64,000 nucleotides of DNA. Source: the human T2T-CHM13v2.0 reference genome, Homo sapiens. Where the stretch lies: the NCBI RefSeq assembly GCF_009914755.1, contig NC_060940.1; one strand, given 5' to 3'. The notes under the pieces were generated by a model. The model saw nothing but the letters and a program-made list of their open reading frames with translations. It was not told where the DNA came from and searched no databases. A program made the translations under genes and the position numbers. How positions within the stretch are numbered: the first letter of the stretch is position 1; each line of letters starts with the position of its first letter. Below are positions 1 to 12,730 of the stretch, in pieces.

Positions 1-139
1 GGGTCAACAGGGAGGAGAAGGAAGTGAAGAGCAGGCATGATGGAAGACGGAACACTACCATGAAGTTAGGCTGACCCCTTGTCCATCTACAAAAGAGTGA
101 CAAACTCAGGTGTGGGCAAACCTATCAGGAGCCGTTTAG

Positions 140-480
<341 letters not shown>

Positions 481-672
481 TTAATGCTACTTCTTAATGC
501 CGCTATCATCTGATGCTAAATACATGGCTCTTCATTCTATCTTGATTCTGGCATTACCCAGGAAGCTTTTGAGATTTCAGAAGTCTGGTCCCCACACCCA
601 GAGACTGGGAATTAATTGGTCTGGAGTAGGGCCTGGGCACTAGCATTTTTGAAAAAGTCCCCAGGTAATTCT

Positions 673-1491
673 TTTTTGTTTTTGTTTTTGAGACAGAGTC
701 TTACTATATTGCCCAGGCTGGAGTGCAGTGGCATAATCTCAGCCCACTGCAGCCTTGACCTCCCGGGCTCAAGCAATCCTCTCACCTGTTTGAAATGCTT
801 GTTCCCTGGTGCCATAAAGAAATAGCACTTGCACATAAATTTAATTTATTTAGTAAGGCCATTTTTACTTCCTGCAGAAAGGGTACACTCGCCAGCAGTT
901 TCGCCACGAGAGTACACCGAACAAAGGAGACAGGGTCATTTACAACCTGACGCGTCCACCCTACTGCTATGTCTGGTTTCCGTTGGCTGGAATGGGACCT
1001 TACATTCTGTATCTGTCCGACTGGCTAGCAACTTAGAACTTTTTAAAAGAGGCAAAGGTAGAGGAGAACAAAGGAAGGAGGAGGTAACTTGTGGAATGCT
1101 GAGAAAGGTAAAAACACTTTTAAATAAGGAAGAGGAGCAGGCTATGACCTAATGCTTGCTTGGACCAGTATAAGCATGCTAGGGCAAATATTTAGGTGCC
1201 CAGGTTTTTGAATAAATTTTGCTTCTAAGAGAAGTTACCATTTATTCCTAATTAGACGGGGAGGGAAGTCTTTGAAGAGGAACCTCTACTTTACTTTTTA
1301 CACACCTCAGCCTCCTGAGTGGCTGGGACTATACATGTGCACCACCACACTCAGTTAATTTTTAAATATTTTTGTAGACATGAGATTTCACCATGTTGCC
1401 CAGGCTGGTCTCGAACTCCTGGGCTCAAGTGATCTGCCCTCCTGGGCCTCCCAAAGTGCTGGAATTTCAGGTGTGAGCCACCGCGCCCAGC
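673..1491 (-). mobile_element. AluJ interrupted by a solo LTR
   Basis: 15-bp TSD tccccaggtaattct at 658-672 and 1492-1506; AluJ-type sequence. Confidence 0.92.
787..1302 (-). mobile_element. ERV1 solo LTR, LTR10C-like
   Basis: TG...CA termini; 4-bp TSD CACC (783-786, 1303-1306); minus strand starts tgtaaaaagtaaagtagaggttcctcttcaaag. Confidence 0.8.
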
Positions 1492-1785
1492 TCCCCAGGT
1501 AATTCTAATGGATAAGTACTGACGGTCGTGGAAACTACTGGCCTAATGAAAGTAGGATTTAGGGTCAGCAGGACTGGGGGCTCTAGCTCTGGCAGAAAAC
1601 TAGAATATGAGACAGGAAAAGAAAACACAAACCTCATCCCAGTAACTAGGCCATCCTAGATAAGTTTGGTGATTTCTTCCAGACCCATGGGTTATAGTCC
1701 ATTTCAGATTTTCTTTTCCCACCAAGTGATAAGGCTGAGGTTCCTAGTGGATCTCTAGATAAGGGCACTGCTGATTTTCAAATGT

Positions 1786-2191
1786 TCCTCCTGCCTCAGC
1801 CTCCTGAGTAGCTGGGACTACAGGTGCGTGCCACAATGCTGGGCTAATTTTTTATTTTATTTCTTGTAGTGATGGAGTCTTACTATGTTGCCCAGGCTGC
1901 TCTTGAACTTGTGGGCTCAGGTGATTCTCCCCCTTCAGCCTCCCAAAATGCTAGGATTACAGGCGTGAGCCACCGTGTCAGAGGCGTGTGAACCAGAGCA
2001 ACTCCATCTTAAATAGGAGCTGGGTAAAATGAAGCTGTTGGAGTAGCCATTCTTTTACTCCTTTACTTTCTTAATAAACTTGCTTTCACTTTGTCCTGTG
2101 GACTCACCCTGAATTCTTTCTTGCGTGAGATCCAAGAACCCTCTCTCTGGGTCTGGATGAGGACCCTTTCCTGTAATAGTCGTGCCCGGTC
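1786..2191 (-). mobile_element. Partial AluJ interrupted near its 5' end by MER41
   Basis: Alu text stops at gagccaccg (1975) and resumes as tgcccggtc after 2178. Confidence 0.8.
1976..2178 (+). mobile_element. MER41 solo LTR with a large internal deletion
   Basis: Starts tgtcagaggcgtgtgaaccagagcaactccatctt; ends gatccaagaaccctctc...cctgtaata; both ends match the longer copy at 10059-11573. Confidence 0.85.
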
Positions 2192-2733
2192 CCTGGTAAG
2201 TTTTTGTTAAAGGGACTGGACTAACCTAAATTTAGGATTGAGAGATCCACTTGTCACACACGGATGAGTCAGGGCCTGGCATTTTGGTAACATCACTATT
2301 CCCAGTACAATTACATCCTTAATATTTTTCCCTGATATGAAACCCTTTCTGAAGTCTCTTTTAAATTGTTACAATAAGAGGAGGCTATAGACCTGGGATT
2401 CAGGGAAGATAAAATGAAGCATTTAAGAGCCTCCTTCTTTTGAGGGAAATGGGCCAAGTACATTCTTTTTACAAAGTTAACCAGGAAAGAAAAGCATCTG
2501 AAGATAAACCCTGCAAACGATGGTGATGCGAAGAGAGGGGATTGAGCCTGGAACGTGGCGTAGGAGGTAAGCCATGCTAATGGCCAAACAATGATCAATT
2601 AGTTTGCGGAGTTGAGCGACTATTGGGTTTGCTACCAACCGTATCCGAGTGAGAGCTCTTCAGGGACACCGAATGGCTGTCAGTCCTCAGAATGAAGCTG
2701 TGTGAGGCCGCCGATGCCTTTGGCCGGTTTCGA

Positions 2734-2750
2734 TGAGCAGATGTCGCCTG
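2734..2750 (+). promoter_or_regulatory. Candidate CTCF site in a CpG-enriched unique segment
   Basis: tgagcagatgtcgcctg resembles CCAGCAGATGGCGC; about 18 CpGs counted by eye in 2515-2995. Confidence 0.5.
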
Positions 2751-3287
2751 ACTGTAGCTCAGCCTCATTTCCATACCAGCAGCTCGTGCTCTGCCCCAGG
2801 CAATCTCTGAGCAAAGGCCTCTGCTTCCCCAGAGCTCACCAAGCCTTGGTTCCAGGTGAGAATGGATGGAGGCTGCAGGGGATGCTTCTAAAACTATTTT
2901 TTTTGGGGGAAAGGAATAAACAAACTGCCGAATCCTACACTTTTCTCATTGGTGACATGTTTTCCCTTACGGGCTTGCTTTTTGCTGGGACGGTATAAAG
3001 AATTGTATATTCATTCATGTAAAATACTTATCAAGTGCCTAATTTGGGTTTAGGATGTTTCTTTGGCACAACACACATGCTTCTTGCCTTCAGAGTGTGT
3101 GTAGTCTAGTGGGAGACAGAATGTAATCAAGTATGGCAATAAATAAATAAATCCAGTTTCAGATAACCATAAGAGCTACAATAATAATAATAATAATAAT
3201 ACATGGTGACCCAGGTACCAAGAAGAAGTCAGCACAAGCAACCAAAGAAAAATAGTTACATTGGACTTCATCAAAATTAGAATTTTC

Positions 3288-3418
3288 TGGCACAGTACAG
3301 TGGCTCACACCTGTAATCCCAGCACTCTGGGAGGCTGAGGTGGGAGGATCGGTTGAGGCCAGGAGTTTGAGACCAGCCTGGGTAACACAGTGAGACCCCC
3401 ATCTTTTTTAAAAAAAAA
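3288..3418 (+). mobile_element. Alu monomer (FLAM-like)
   Basis: Single left-arm Alu sequence plus A tail. Confidence 0.8.
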
Positions 3419-3718
3419 ATTATAATTTTTTTTTTGTCTTGCCATAAAAGTGATGCAGTGGAAAAGACAATTTTTTTTTAAAGTCCAGGAGTCTGGCTAG
3501 CTCTCCAAAGGAAATATACAAATGACCAATTAGCACATGAAAAGTTGTTCAACATCTTTAGCCATCAGTAAAACATGATTTAAAACCAAAATAAGCTACC
3601 ACTTCACACTTTCTAGCATAGCTATAATTAAAAAGACAGACGATAACAAGTGTGGACAAGGATGTGGAGAAATTGGACCCTTCATATTCCACTGGCAAGA
3701 ATATAAAATGATGCAGCT

Positions 3719-4076
3719 TGATACGATTTGGCTCTGTGTCCCCACCCAAATCTCACCTTGAATTGTAATAATCCCCATGGGTCCCTGGGAGGGACCTGGT
3801 GGGAGGTAATTGAATCATGGGGGTGGGATTTTTCCCCATGCTGTTCTGTGATAGTGATTAAGTCTCACAAGATCTGATGGTTTTGCAAAAGAGCAGTTCT
3901 CCTGCATGCACTCTCTTGCCTGCTGCCATGTAGGATGTCCCTTTGCTCTTCCATCATCTTCTGCCATCATTGTGAGGCCTCTCCAGCCATGTGGAACTCT
4001 GGGTTCATTAAACCTCCTTATTAATTAGCCAGTCCCAGGTATGTCTTTATTAGCAGCATGAGACTGGGCTAATACA
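3719..4076 (+). mobile_element. THE1 (MaLR) solo LTR
   Basis: tgatacgatttggctctgtgtccccacccaaatctc...ctaataca; 5-bp TSD CAGCT. Confidence 0.9.
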
Positions 4077-4132
4077 CAGCTACTTTGGAAAACAGTCTGG
4101 TGGTCACCAAAACTTAAACAAAGCACTCCTGG

Positions 4133-4430
4133 GGCTGGGTGTGGTGGCTCATGCTGGTAATTCCAGCACTTTGGGAGGCTGAGGCAGGCAGATCACTTGA
4201 GGTCAGGAGTTGGAGATTAGCCTAGCTAACATGGTGAAACCCTGTCTCTACTGAAAACACAAAAATTAGCCAGGCATGGCAGTGGGTGCCTGTAATCCCA
4301 GCTACTCAGGAGGCTGAGGCAGGCGAATCGCTTTAACCCGGGAGGCGGAAGTTGCAGTGAGCCGAGATCATGCTACTGCACTCTAGCCTGGGCGACAGAT
4401 CAAGGCTCCGTCTCAAGAAAAAAAAAAAAA
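4133..4430 (+). mobile_element. AluS
   Basis: Full dimer, A tail, TSD core aaagcactcc. Confidence 0.92.
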
Positions 4431-4799
4431 GCACTCCCACATGACCCAGTAGGTCCACTCCCAGGTGTATACTCAAGAAAAATGAAAACACACGTCTGTA
4501 CAAAAATTGTGTGTGAATATTCATAGCAGCACTGCTCATAGTAGTCAAAAATGGAAACAACGTGGATGTTCATCAACTGGTGAATGGATCAGTAAAATGT
4601 GATCTATCCATACAATGGAACATTATTTAAATGGCAATAAAAAGTAATGAAGTGCTGATGTGTGCTATGCCATGGATGAATCTTGAAAACATATACCAAA
4701 TGAAACAGTCCACTTACAAAATATCACATATTGTATGACTCTCTTTATATGGAATGTCCAGAACAGGCAAAACTATAGAGACAGAAAGTAGATTAGGGG

Positions 4800-4929
4800 G
4801 TTGGGTGCAGTGGCTCACACCTGTAATCCCAGCACTTTGGGAGGCTGAGGCGGGCGAATCACCTGAGGTCGGGAGCTTGAGACCAGCCTGGCCAACATGG
4901 TAAAACCCTGTCTCTAGTAAAAATACAAA

Positions 4930-4964
<35 letters not shown>

Positions 4965-5155
4965 AAATTAGCCAGACATGGTGGCATGCACCTGTAGTCC
5001 CAGCCTGTAGTCCCAGTTTGAACCAAGGAGGTGGAGGTTGCAGTGAGCTGAGATCAGACCACTGCACTCCAGCCTGGGTAAGAGTGAGACTCCATCTCAA
5101 AAAAAAAAAGCCCCAAAAAACCAAAACCAAACCAAAACAAAACAAAAACAAAAGA
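4800..5155 (+). mobile_element. AluS with expanded (TAAA)n linker
   Basis: Dimer; TSD aaa(g/c)tagattag; local duplication and deletion at 4991-5016. Confidence 0.9.
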
Positions 5156-6277
5156 AAACTAGATTAGTGGCTGCCAATGGGTAGGGTGAGGGTGTGGGGA
5201 GGAGGAGAATGACTGCTAATGGGTATGGAGGTTTTTTGGTGTGTTGCGGTGATAACAATGTTCTCAAATAGATTGTGGTGACAGTTGCACAACTTTGTGA
5301 ATATAGTAAAAACCATTGAACTGTAGGCTTTAAATAGGTTAATTGTATTCATGTGAATTATAGCTCAATAAAGATGATAAAAGGAGGCAGAGGAGGAGGG
5401 ATCTCCTCTTTCACCAGCTGTGGAAGCATTAAGGATTCTGTGCAGAGAGAACAGAGAATGCAACTTTCCTGGATTTTCTGTCTAATACTTTTTGATGTAA
5501 TTGAAAAGAACCATGGGTTTGGGAGCCAGGCACATCAGAGTTCGAGAACCATTTCCACCATTGACCATGACTAACTTCCTTCAAAGTGATTTTTTAAGCC
5601 TTCTTTTATAAGATGTGATGTCACATTTGGATTCTGTTACATTCCTCCAGTGAATACTATTTGTAACTTGCATTAACTTGATTAGGTGGGTAGCAGCTCA
5701 AATCTCAGTTTCAATATTCTATATTCAAATCAGCTGCTTGCAGTCTGTCTCACGCGTGAATGGTTCAAACACCAGTCAGAGGCTTGGGCAGGGTTTGCAC
5801 ACAATTTAGGGTTCTTCTCTGGCTCTCATTTTTTGTTTTTTGTTTTTTGTTTTTTTTGAGATTCCCTTTTTATTCTTCAACATCCATGGTTGCCCAGTTT
5901 TTACATCCTTGTTACATAAGCCAAAAAGTAAGTGGGCTTTCTATAATTTTGGCTTCCTTACATTATGACTGGAGTTTGTCATCAGGGCAAAATCCCACTA
6001 ATGGAAAACTCAACTCATAAAGATTCCTTCTTTCCAAGTTTTGACTTCCCTCCAAAATCTCTTGCTTTTCTTCATGCTCCAGAGGTCTCAGGTGGTTGTT
6101 TTGGGGAGGATTTTGTCCAGAGCTTATAGCTGAGTTTGGTAGGAGGATCAGTATGTTGAAAGGTTACTCTTCCACCCTGGAAGTGGAACCTAGCATTTAG
6201 CTATAGGTGGAAAGTGCACGGAACCCTTGGATAAGTCTGGCCCAATGTAGTCTTGAACAACAATTACTATATATATG

Positions 6278-6706
6278 TGACAGAGCAGGAGCATCACCAT
6301 CTTGGACAAGCACCACCATTCTAAAGTTCACCTTGGTCAAAAACTGCCTAAATCCAAAGTGCATCAGCCCAATGGCTAAGGTCAGCATGACCATAAACCA
6401 CAAATGACATCTCTGACGAGAAATTTTCCAACATAATATAAGCTCCTCCCTGACCAGAGATATGCCAGCCCTGAGATAACCTGCCCTCCAACCAAAGACA
6501 TTCCAACCCCACTGTAAACTTCTCCCCAACACAGAAACATTCCAAGCCTTTAATAAACTCTCTCACCAATAAATACTGTTAGTTTGTAAGGGAGAGTGCT
6601 CCTGACTGAAATCAGCCAGAAGCCCCTCTCAGGTTTATTCTCCAAAATAAACCTGTCTTTGTTGAGGAGCTTTTCATGTTTCTTTCATCTTTCTTTAACT
6701 CTTACA
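6278..6706 (+). mobile_element. ERV1 solo LTR, LTR15-like
   Basis: TG...CA termini (tgacagagcaggagc...tctttaactcttaca), AATAAA near the 3' end, 5-bp TSD ATATG. Confidence 0.75.
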
Positions 6707-6711
6707 ATATG

Positions 6712-6940
6712 TTTTTTCTTCTTCAACTTTTATTTTAAGTTCCAGGGTACATCTGCAGGATGTGCAGGTTTGTTACCTAGGTAAACATGTACCACTGTGG
6801 TTTGCTGCACAGATCAACCCATCACTTATGTATTAAGCCCAGCATCCATTAGCTATTCTTCCTGATGATCTCCTTCCTCCCCTCCACCCCCCAACAGTCC
6901 CCACAGTGTGTCATTCACCATCATGTGTCCATGTGTTCTC
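6712..6940 (-). mobile_element. L1PA (older) 3' end fragment
   Basis: ttttattttaagttccagggtacat...gtgcaggtttgttac antisense 3' UTR. Confidence 0.85.
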
Positions 6941-6949
6941 TCTATATGT

Positions 6950-7090
6950 TTTTAATTTTAAAAATGTTTGTGTAGAAACAGGGTCTCTCTATGTTGCCTA
7001 GGCTGGTCTCAAACTCCTGGCCTCAAGTGATCCTCCTGCCTTGGCCTCCCAAAGTGCTGGGATTACAGATATAAGCCACCATTCCTGGCC
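6950..7090 (-). mobile_element. Alu left-arm monomer
   Basis: Antisense left arm only. Confidence 0.8.
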
Positions 7091-7266
7091 CTAACAACAA
7101 TCAGTATTAATTATCCTAACCATAATAGTGTGTGAGATAAATATTATTACCATTGTTCCATTAAAGGATGAAGGCTCAGAGATGTTAGGCAATTTACATA
7201 GCACCTTATAGCTAGTAATTGGAATGTTATTAAATGAAGTAAGTATCAATTTGGAAATTTGGGTAA

Positions 7267-7596
<330 letters not shown>

Positions 7597-8623
7597 TCTT
7601 CCTTGAATTTTGAGTGACCCTGCGTGTCCCTGAATGTCTAATCTTCATTGATTTCTATCTGTAAATGGGGATTTATTATTGTGCTTCTGAACCCTTGTGG
7701 TTTCTTTTTAATTAGGATAAATGAACTTGAAGATGTTATTGAGGTGTGCAGCTCAGGTTCAGTTCAGAAGCAGATACAGTAGCTAACAATTACTATTTAA
7801 ATGGGGATAAGAGTAGGACCCGCAGATCCCTCAAAATTTCTAATACATTGCCACAAAGACCCCCAGCTCCTCCCCTTTATTCTCTATGTAGCTTTGATAG
7901 GTAATTTTCCCTTTGAGTCTTAGTTTCTCCAACTGCAAATTGGGTTTAATAATTCCCAAATCCCCAAACTTGGAGAAAATCCAGGGAGAAAGCTGACTTT
8001 CACATGTCTGACATTATACTTCACCAATGATAGGAAATAGATTTAAGTTGACAGAATTAGAATTAGTGGTCTCTATCTGCACTTCAAAGAGAGAGGAGAC
8101 AAAATTCAATTGTGCCAGGGAGGTCAATAGTTTCTCTTTGCGTTCTCCCATGATGCAGTTTTCTTTTTCAGATGGCTGGGAGTGAGGCTTCCACTTGGCT
8201 GGGAGGCCAGTCCCCAGACAGCAAGCTACTGTGTACTCCTTCCTCCTTGCTGTCACATACCACCACTTCCTCTCTAGAGTGGCCTCAGGCTTTGGTAAAT
8301 GGTTAGGCTGCTGACAAAGCTGCAGGTAGTTTCTGGGGAAGTGGCTTCTTCTTATTATTTAAGGCTTCATTTTTATTTTATATTTTCTTATCCTTGTCCT
8401 GCCCCAGGGAAGGAAGAACCCTCACACACACAATGTGCTTGCAATGGACCAAGCCATAGAAAGTAGAATCTGTAATTCCCCGGTGTCTCTAGAGATGGAC
8501 TTGAATAAACAGGATTCTTTGTGTATAATCATTTGGATGCACAAAAGATTATATCATGGAAATATGTCATGGAATTATATCATGGAAATATCGACTCATC
8601 TAGGTTCTATTATCCCCATTTAA

Positions 8624-8991
<368 letters not shown>

Positions 8992-10494
8992 CAGCCTCAC
9001 AGCCTTTTAGCACAGAGCCGTCACATGTTAACGTGACTTGGAAGGAGGAAGTGTCCTTAGATAATGATCATTTCTTCAGACTCTTCCTTTGGCTTTTACC
9101 TATGATTTCGTAGCTACAGTCTAGATTAGTGACTTAATCTGATATTTTCTGGGAGATTTGGCCTTGGAGTTGTTTGTATGGGAACTTGGACGGTGAGAAC
9201 CAAGTGTGTGCATCCATTTTTGTGTGTTTTATATGTGTCTGCAGGGCTATGCAAGAATAGACTTATCCTAAGCTATCAGTGTCAGGTCTATTTATGTTCA
9301 CCATTGTATTGCTGGCATGTAGCTCCTTTTCCTGCAATAACACAGCTGCCTCCTTCCCAGTACAATTTTGTCCCGTCTCCTGTATGCCCAAGAACCATAC
9401 AAACAAGTAAAGATGTACGGCAGAATTTGCAGTCAGAGCCTTTTGAAATTCCAAGTGAATTCCCTCCAGCTGAAAATCCCAACCCCCAGACAGGCACACC
9501 TCCCCCTCTGCGCTGTTCTGCTGCAGAAGGATTTGTCTGGGAAGGTCTCTGAGTCCACGTCTGTTTGATGACAGCTGTCCAAGTGTAAGAGGTATTATGC
9601 ATTTGGAAAATGAGTTATTTGGCTGAGTTGATGGTGTGTGACCATGAGTGGCAGATGTCTGTTTTTGTGCTGGGCATTACACCCTCACTTCTTCTGGTTT
9701 CCAAAGCAGACATGTTGGAAAGAGATGGATGTGATGTAAACACCATTCCTCTTTGTAGGAAAGAATAACATTATTCTGAGTGTGATAAGTCCTGCCATGA
9801 GGGCCTCTGCACCCTAAAGATGGTCCCCATCTTCTGCCTTTCTGAAAGCCTTAATGGTTTATCTCCTTGACTTTTTCACCTGTGGAAGTCCAGAGGACCA
9901 GTGGGCACTGAAGTATACCCTTGCAAACCACATCTCTGAGCCCTTCATGTGGAGCCTGTCCAAAGCAGACATTTCCCTTCAGACCTGCAGTATCTGCTCT
10001 AGCCCTGGTCTGATACAGGCAGAATGGTCTACCTGGTGGGTTATTTTGGATGAAGTTGTGTCAGAGGCATTTGAACCAGAGTGACTCCATCTTGAATAGG
10101 AGCTGGGTAAAATGAGGATGAGCTCTATTGGGCTGCATTCCCAGGAGGTTAGGCATTCTTAGTCAACAAGATATTTACAGTAAGGGGAACAAGTTTATTG
10201 TGTTTACCAAACAGACCCAGGTCTTAACAGACCAACATCTTAAGAACAAAAGCATTCTTAGTTTAATAATAAGTTTTGCTTTAAAGATAATAATATAGAT
10301 TCTTGCAGAAGACAGTAGTTGCACAAAGATATCAATCCTTTGTCATAAGCCCTCGTAGTAGAACACATGCCACCCATGATTTTTGGCTTAGTTGTCTTAT
10401 ATATAAAGAAGCATTATATCTAAAGCAGCCATGTTCTTTCTTTTGCTTTCAGAAAGACTTGTTCTGTCTATGGACTGGAGCAGCTATTCTTTCA

Positions 10495-10740
10495 TCTCCT
10501 TTCTTTCTTTTCTTTCTTTCCTTCCTTCCCTTCCACCCCTCCCTTCCCCTCCCTTCCCCTCCCTTCCCCTCCCTTCCCCTCCCTTCCCCTCCCTTCCCCT
10601 CCCTTCCCCTCCCTTCCCTTCCCTTCCTTTCCCTTCCCTTTCTTTCTTTCTTTCTTTTTCTTTCTTCTTTCTTTTTTTCTTTCTTTTTCTTTCTTTCTTT
10701 CTTCTCTCTTCCTTTCTTCTCTCTTCCTTTCCTTCTTTCT
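10495..10740. repeat. Polypyrimidine microsatellite including (CCCTTCCCCT)n, derived from an Alu tail
   Basis: About 245 bp of almost pure C/T. Confidence 0.95.
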
Positions 10741-10988
10741 CAGGGTCTCACTCTGTCACCTAGGCTGGAGTGTAGTGGTGTGAACACGGCTGACTGCAGC
10801 ATTGGCTTCCTGAGCTCAGGCGATCCTCCTGCCTCAGCCTCCTGAGTAGGTGGGATGACACATGTGCATCCCCATGCCAGGTTAATTTGTTTTGCATTTT
10901 TGTAGAGATGAGGTCTTGCTATGTTGCCCAGGTTGGTCCCAAATTCGTGGGCTAAAGGGATCCTCCCACCTTGGCCTCCCAAAGTGCT
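10741..10988 (-). mobile_element. AluJ, 5'-truncated
   Basis: Antisense AluJ ending at cccaaagtgct. Confidence 0.88.
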
Positions 10989-11459
10989 CCTCCCTTTTGG
11001 AATTCAGGAAAAGCTGACCAGCACTTAATATCCGCACAGACCTTAAGTCTGACAAGCTAAGAAACATTTATAATTGATTCTTTCTAAAGACTGCTATCTG
11101 GAGGTTTCATCTGCATGATTAAACTTTGGTCTCCACAATCCTTTACTGTAACCTAGACCCTTCTTTCTATTAATAATAACGCTTTCAATCAATTGCCAAT
11201 CAGAAAACTTTTAACCTGGAACCCTCCCCTGCCCCCTACCCCCTGCCGAGTTGTCATGCTTTTCCAGATAGAACCAATGTAAATCTTACATGTGTTTGAT
11301 TTATGTCTCATGACTCCCTAAAATATCACTGTGCCCCGACCACCTTGGGCACATATTCTCAGAATCTCCTGAGGGCTGCGTCATAGACCATTGGTCACTT
11401 ATATTTGGCTCAGAATAAATCCTCCAATATTTTCCAGAGTTTGACTCTTTTCATTGATA
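10989..11459 (+). mobile_element. MER4-family LTR, 3' part
   Basis: ccccgaccaccttgggcacat...ggctcagaataaa...cagagtttgactcttttcattgata is typical of MER4 3' ends. Confidence 0.75.
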
Positions 11460-11580
11460 TTTTCTTAATAAACTTGCTTTCACTTCATTCAGTGGACTCG
11501 CCCTAAATCCTGTCTTGTGCAAGATCCAAGAACCTTCTCCTGGGGTCTGAGTTGAGACAGCTTTCCAGTAATAGTTGTAT

Positions 11581-12029
11581 TGAAAGAAATCAAAATATTT
11601 TACCCCAAAATATATTTCTTGGACATGTTTTGAAATGGCTGCAGCGAGGCCAGCAGACAGGAGTGGCCTTGTAAACTTTCTTCTGCAGGGGAAATTTGCA
11701 TCTGTAGAGAATCTCCAATAATGCAGCCAGGCCTTTCCTGGATCCAGGAGAGATTAGAGTCTGGAATCTTAAAAGTCTGAAAATAAACATTTTCATCTCT
11801 TCTGTCTGAGGGCTACTACCTGTGAGGCTTTGCCTACATAACAAGACCAACTTTGCTAGCGAAGTCTCTTTCCTTCTCTCTCCTACAGCCTGTCTTGCCA
11901 CCACTAAACCTGATTTACCAAGATAACCTGTCTTATTTTATTGTATGCCTTTTCTCCTGTTAGTTGATCTGTCTCATGTCAGTGATTTTCAGCAAACCTT
12001 TAGGGGGCCATGGGTCTTGGTTCCCACAG
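11581..12029 (+). mobile_element. MER4-group ERV1 LTR (MER34/MER39-like)
   Basis: tgaaagaaatcaaaatattttaccccaaaatatatttc...ttggttcccaca. Confidence 0.6.
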
Positions 12030-12405
12030 TGGCCAATGGGAGTCAAATGTCATTTGATTTTTACCATCAGGGCACATGACCTACACTCAGCATAAACCAT
12101 TCCAACAAGCTAGGTTACAGTATAGAGCTAATCCTATCGCCATCATCTAAGGGATCTCCCTCTCTCTCTTATGAAGCTAAAAGCTCACTTCTTGAAGTTT
12201 CTGTTTTCTCATCAATAAGATGAAAATGGGCAAACAAGCCCAGGCAAGAAGAAGAGAGAGTGAAGTACCCTGGCATAGGCTAGAGATAGCCAGAGTGAGT
12301 TTGCTGATTTAACCTCCTAAAAACATAAAAAAGAAGACGGGACCATATTCACATGTATGACCTTAATCATGCAGTGACTCTGCTCTTTAGAAAATATGAC
12401 CTGTC

Positions 12406-12730
<325 letters not shown>

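Larger units (their letters stand above)
535..1545. mobile_element. MER5-type hAT DNA transposon fossil, split by an AluJ
   Basis: MER5-like text (ggtctggagtagggcctgggca...ccccaggtaattctaatg) resumes after the Alu at 1507. Confidence 0.65.
3230..5375 (+). mobile_element. Old L1M 3' region hosting several younger insertions
   Basis: ttggacttcatcaaaatt, cacatgaaaag..ttcaacatc, aatattcatagcagcact, 3' end aattatagctcaataaag. Confidence 0.8.
10059..11573 (+). mobile_element. MER41 (C-like) solo LTR with nested AluJ and MER4-type LTR
   Basis: MER41 termini; 4-bp TSD GTTG (10055-10058, 11574-11577); MER41 text resumes at about 11460. Confidence 0.85.

Noticed and set aside
1152-1191. p53 response element in the LTR10-like LTR
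   Set aside because: AAGCATGCTA is a fair half-site, but the adjacent GGGCAAATAT lacks the core G, so there is no canonical full site.
8550-8595. 13-bp tandem repeat (tatatcatggaaa)x3
   Set aside because: An ordinary short slippage duplication with no further signal.
10059-10495. Interferon-inducible (STAT1) MER41 enhancer
   Set aside because: I see no perfect TTCnnnGAA pair, and the copy looks C-like and disrupted rather than MER41B-like.
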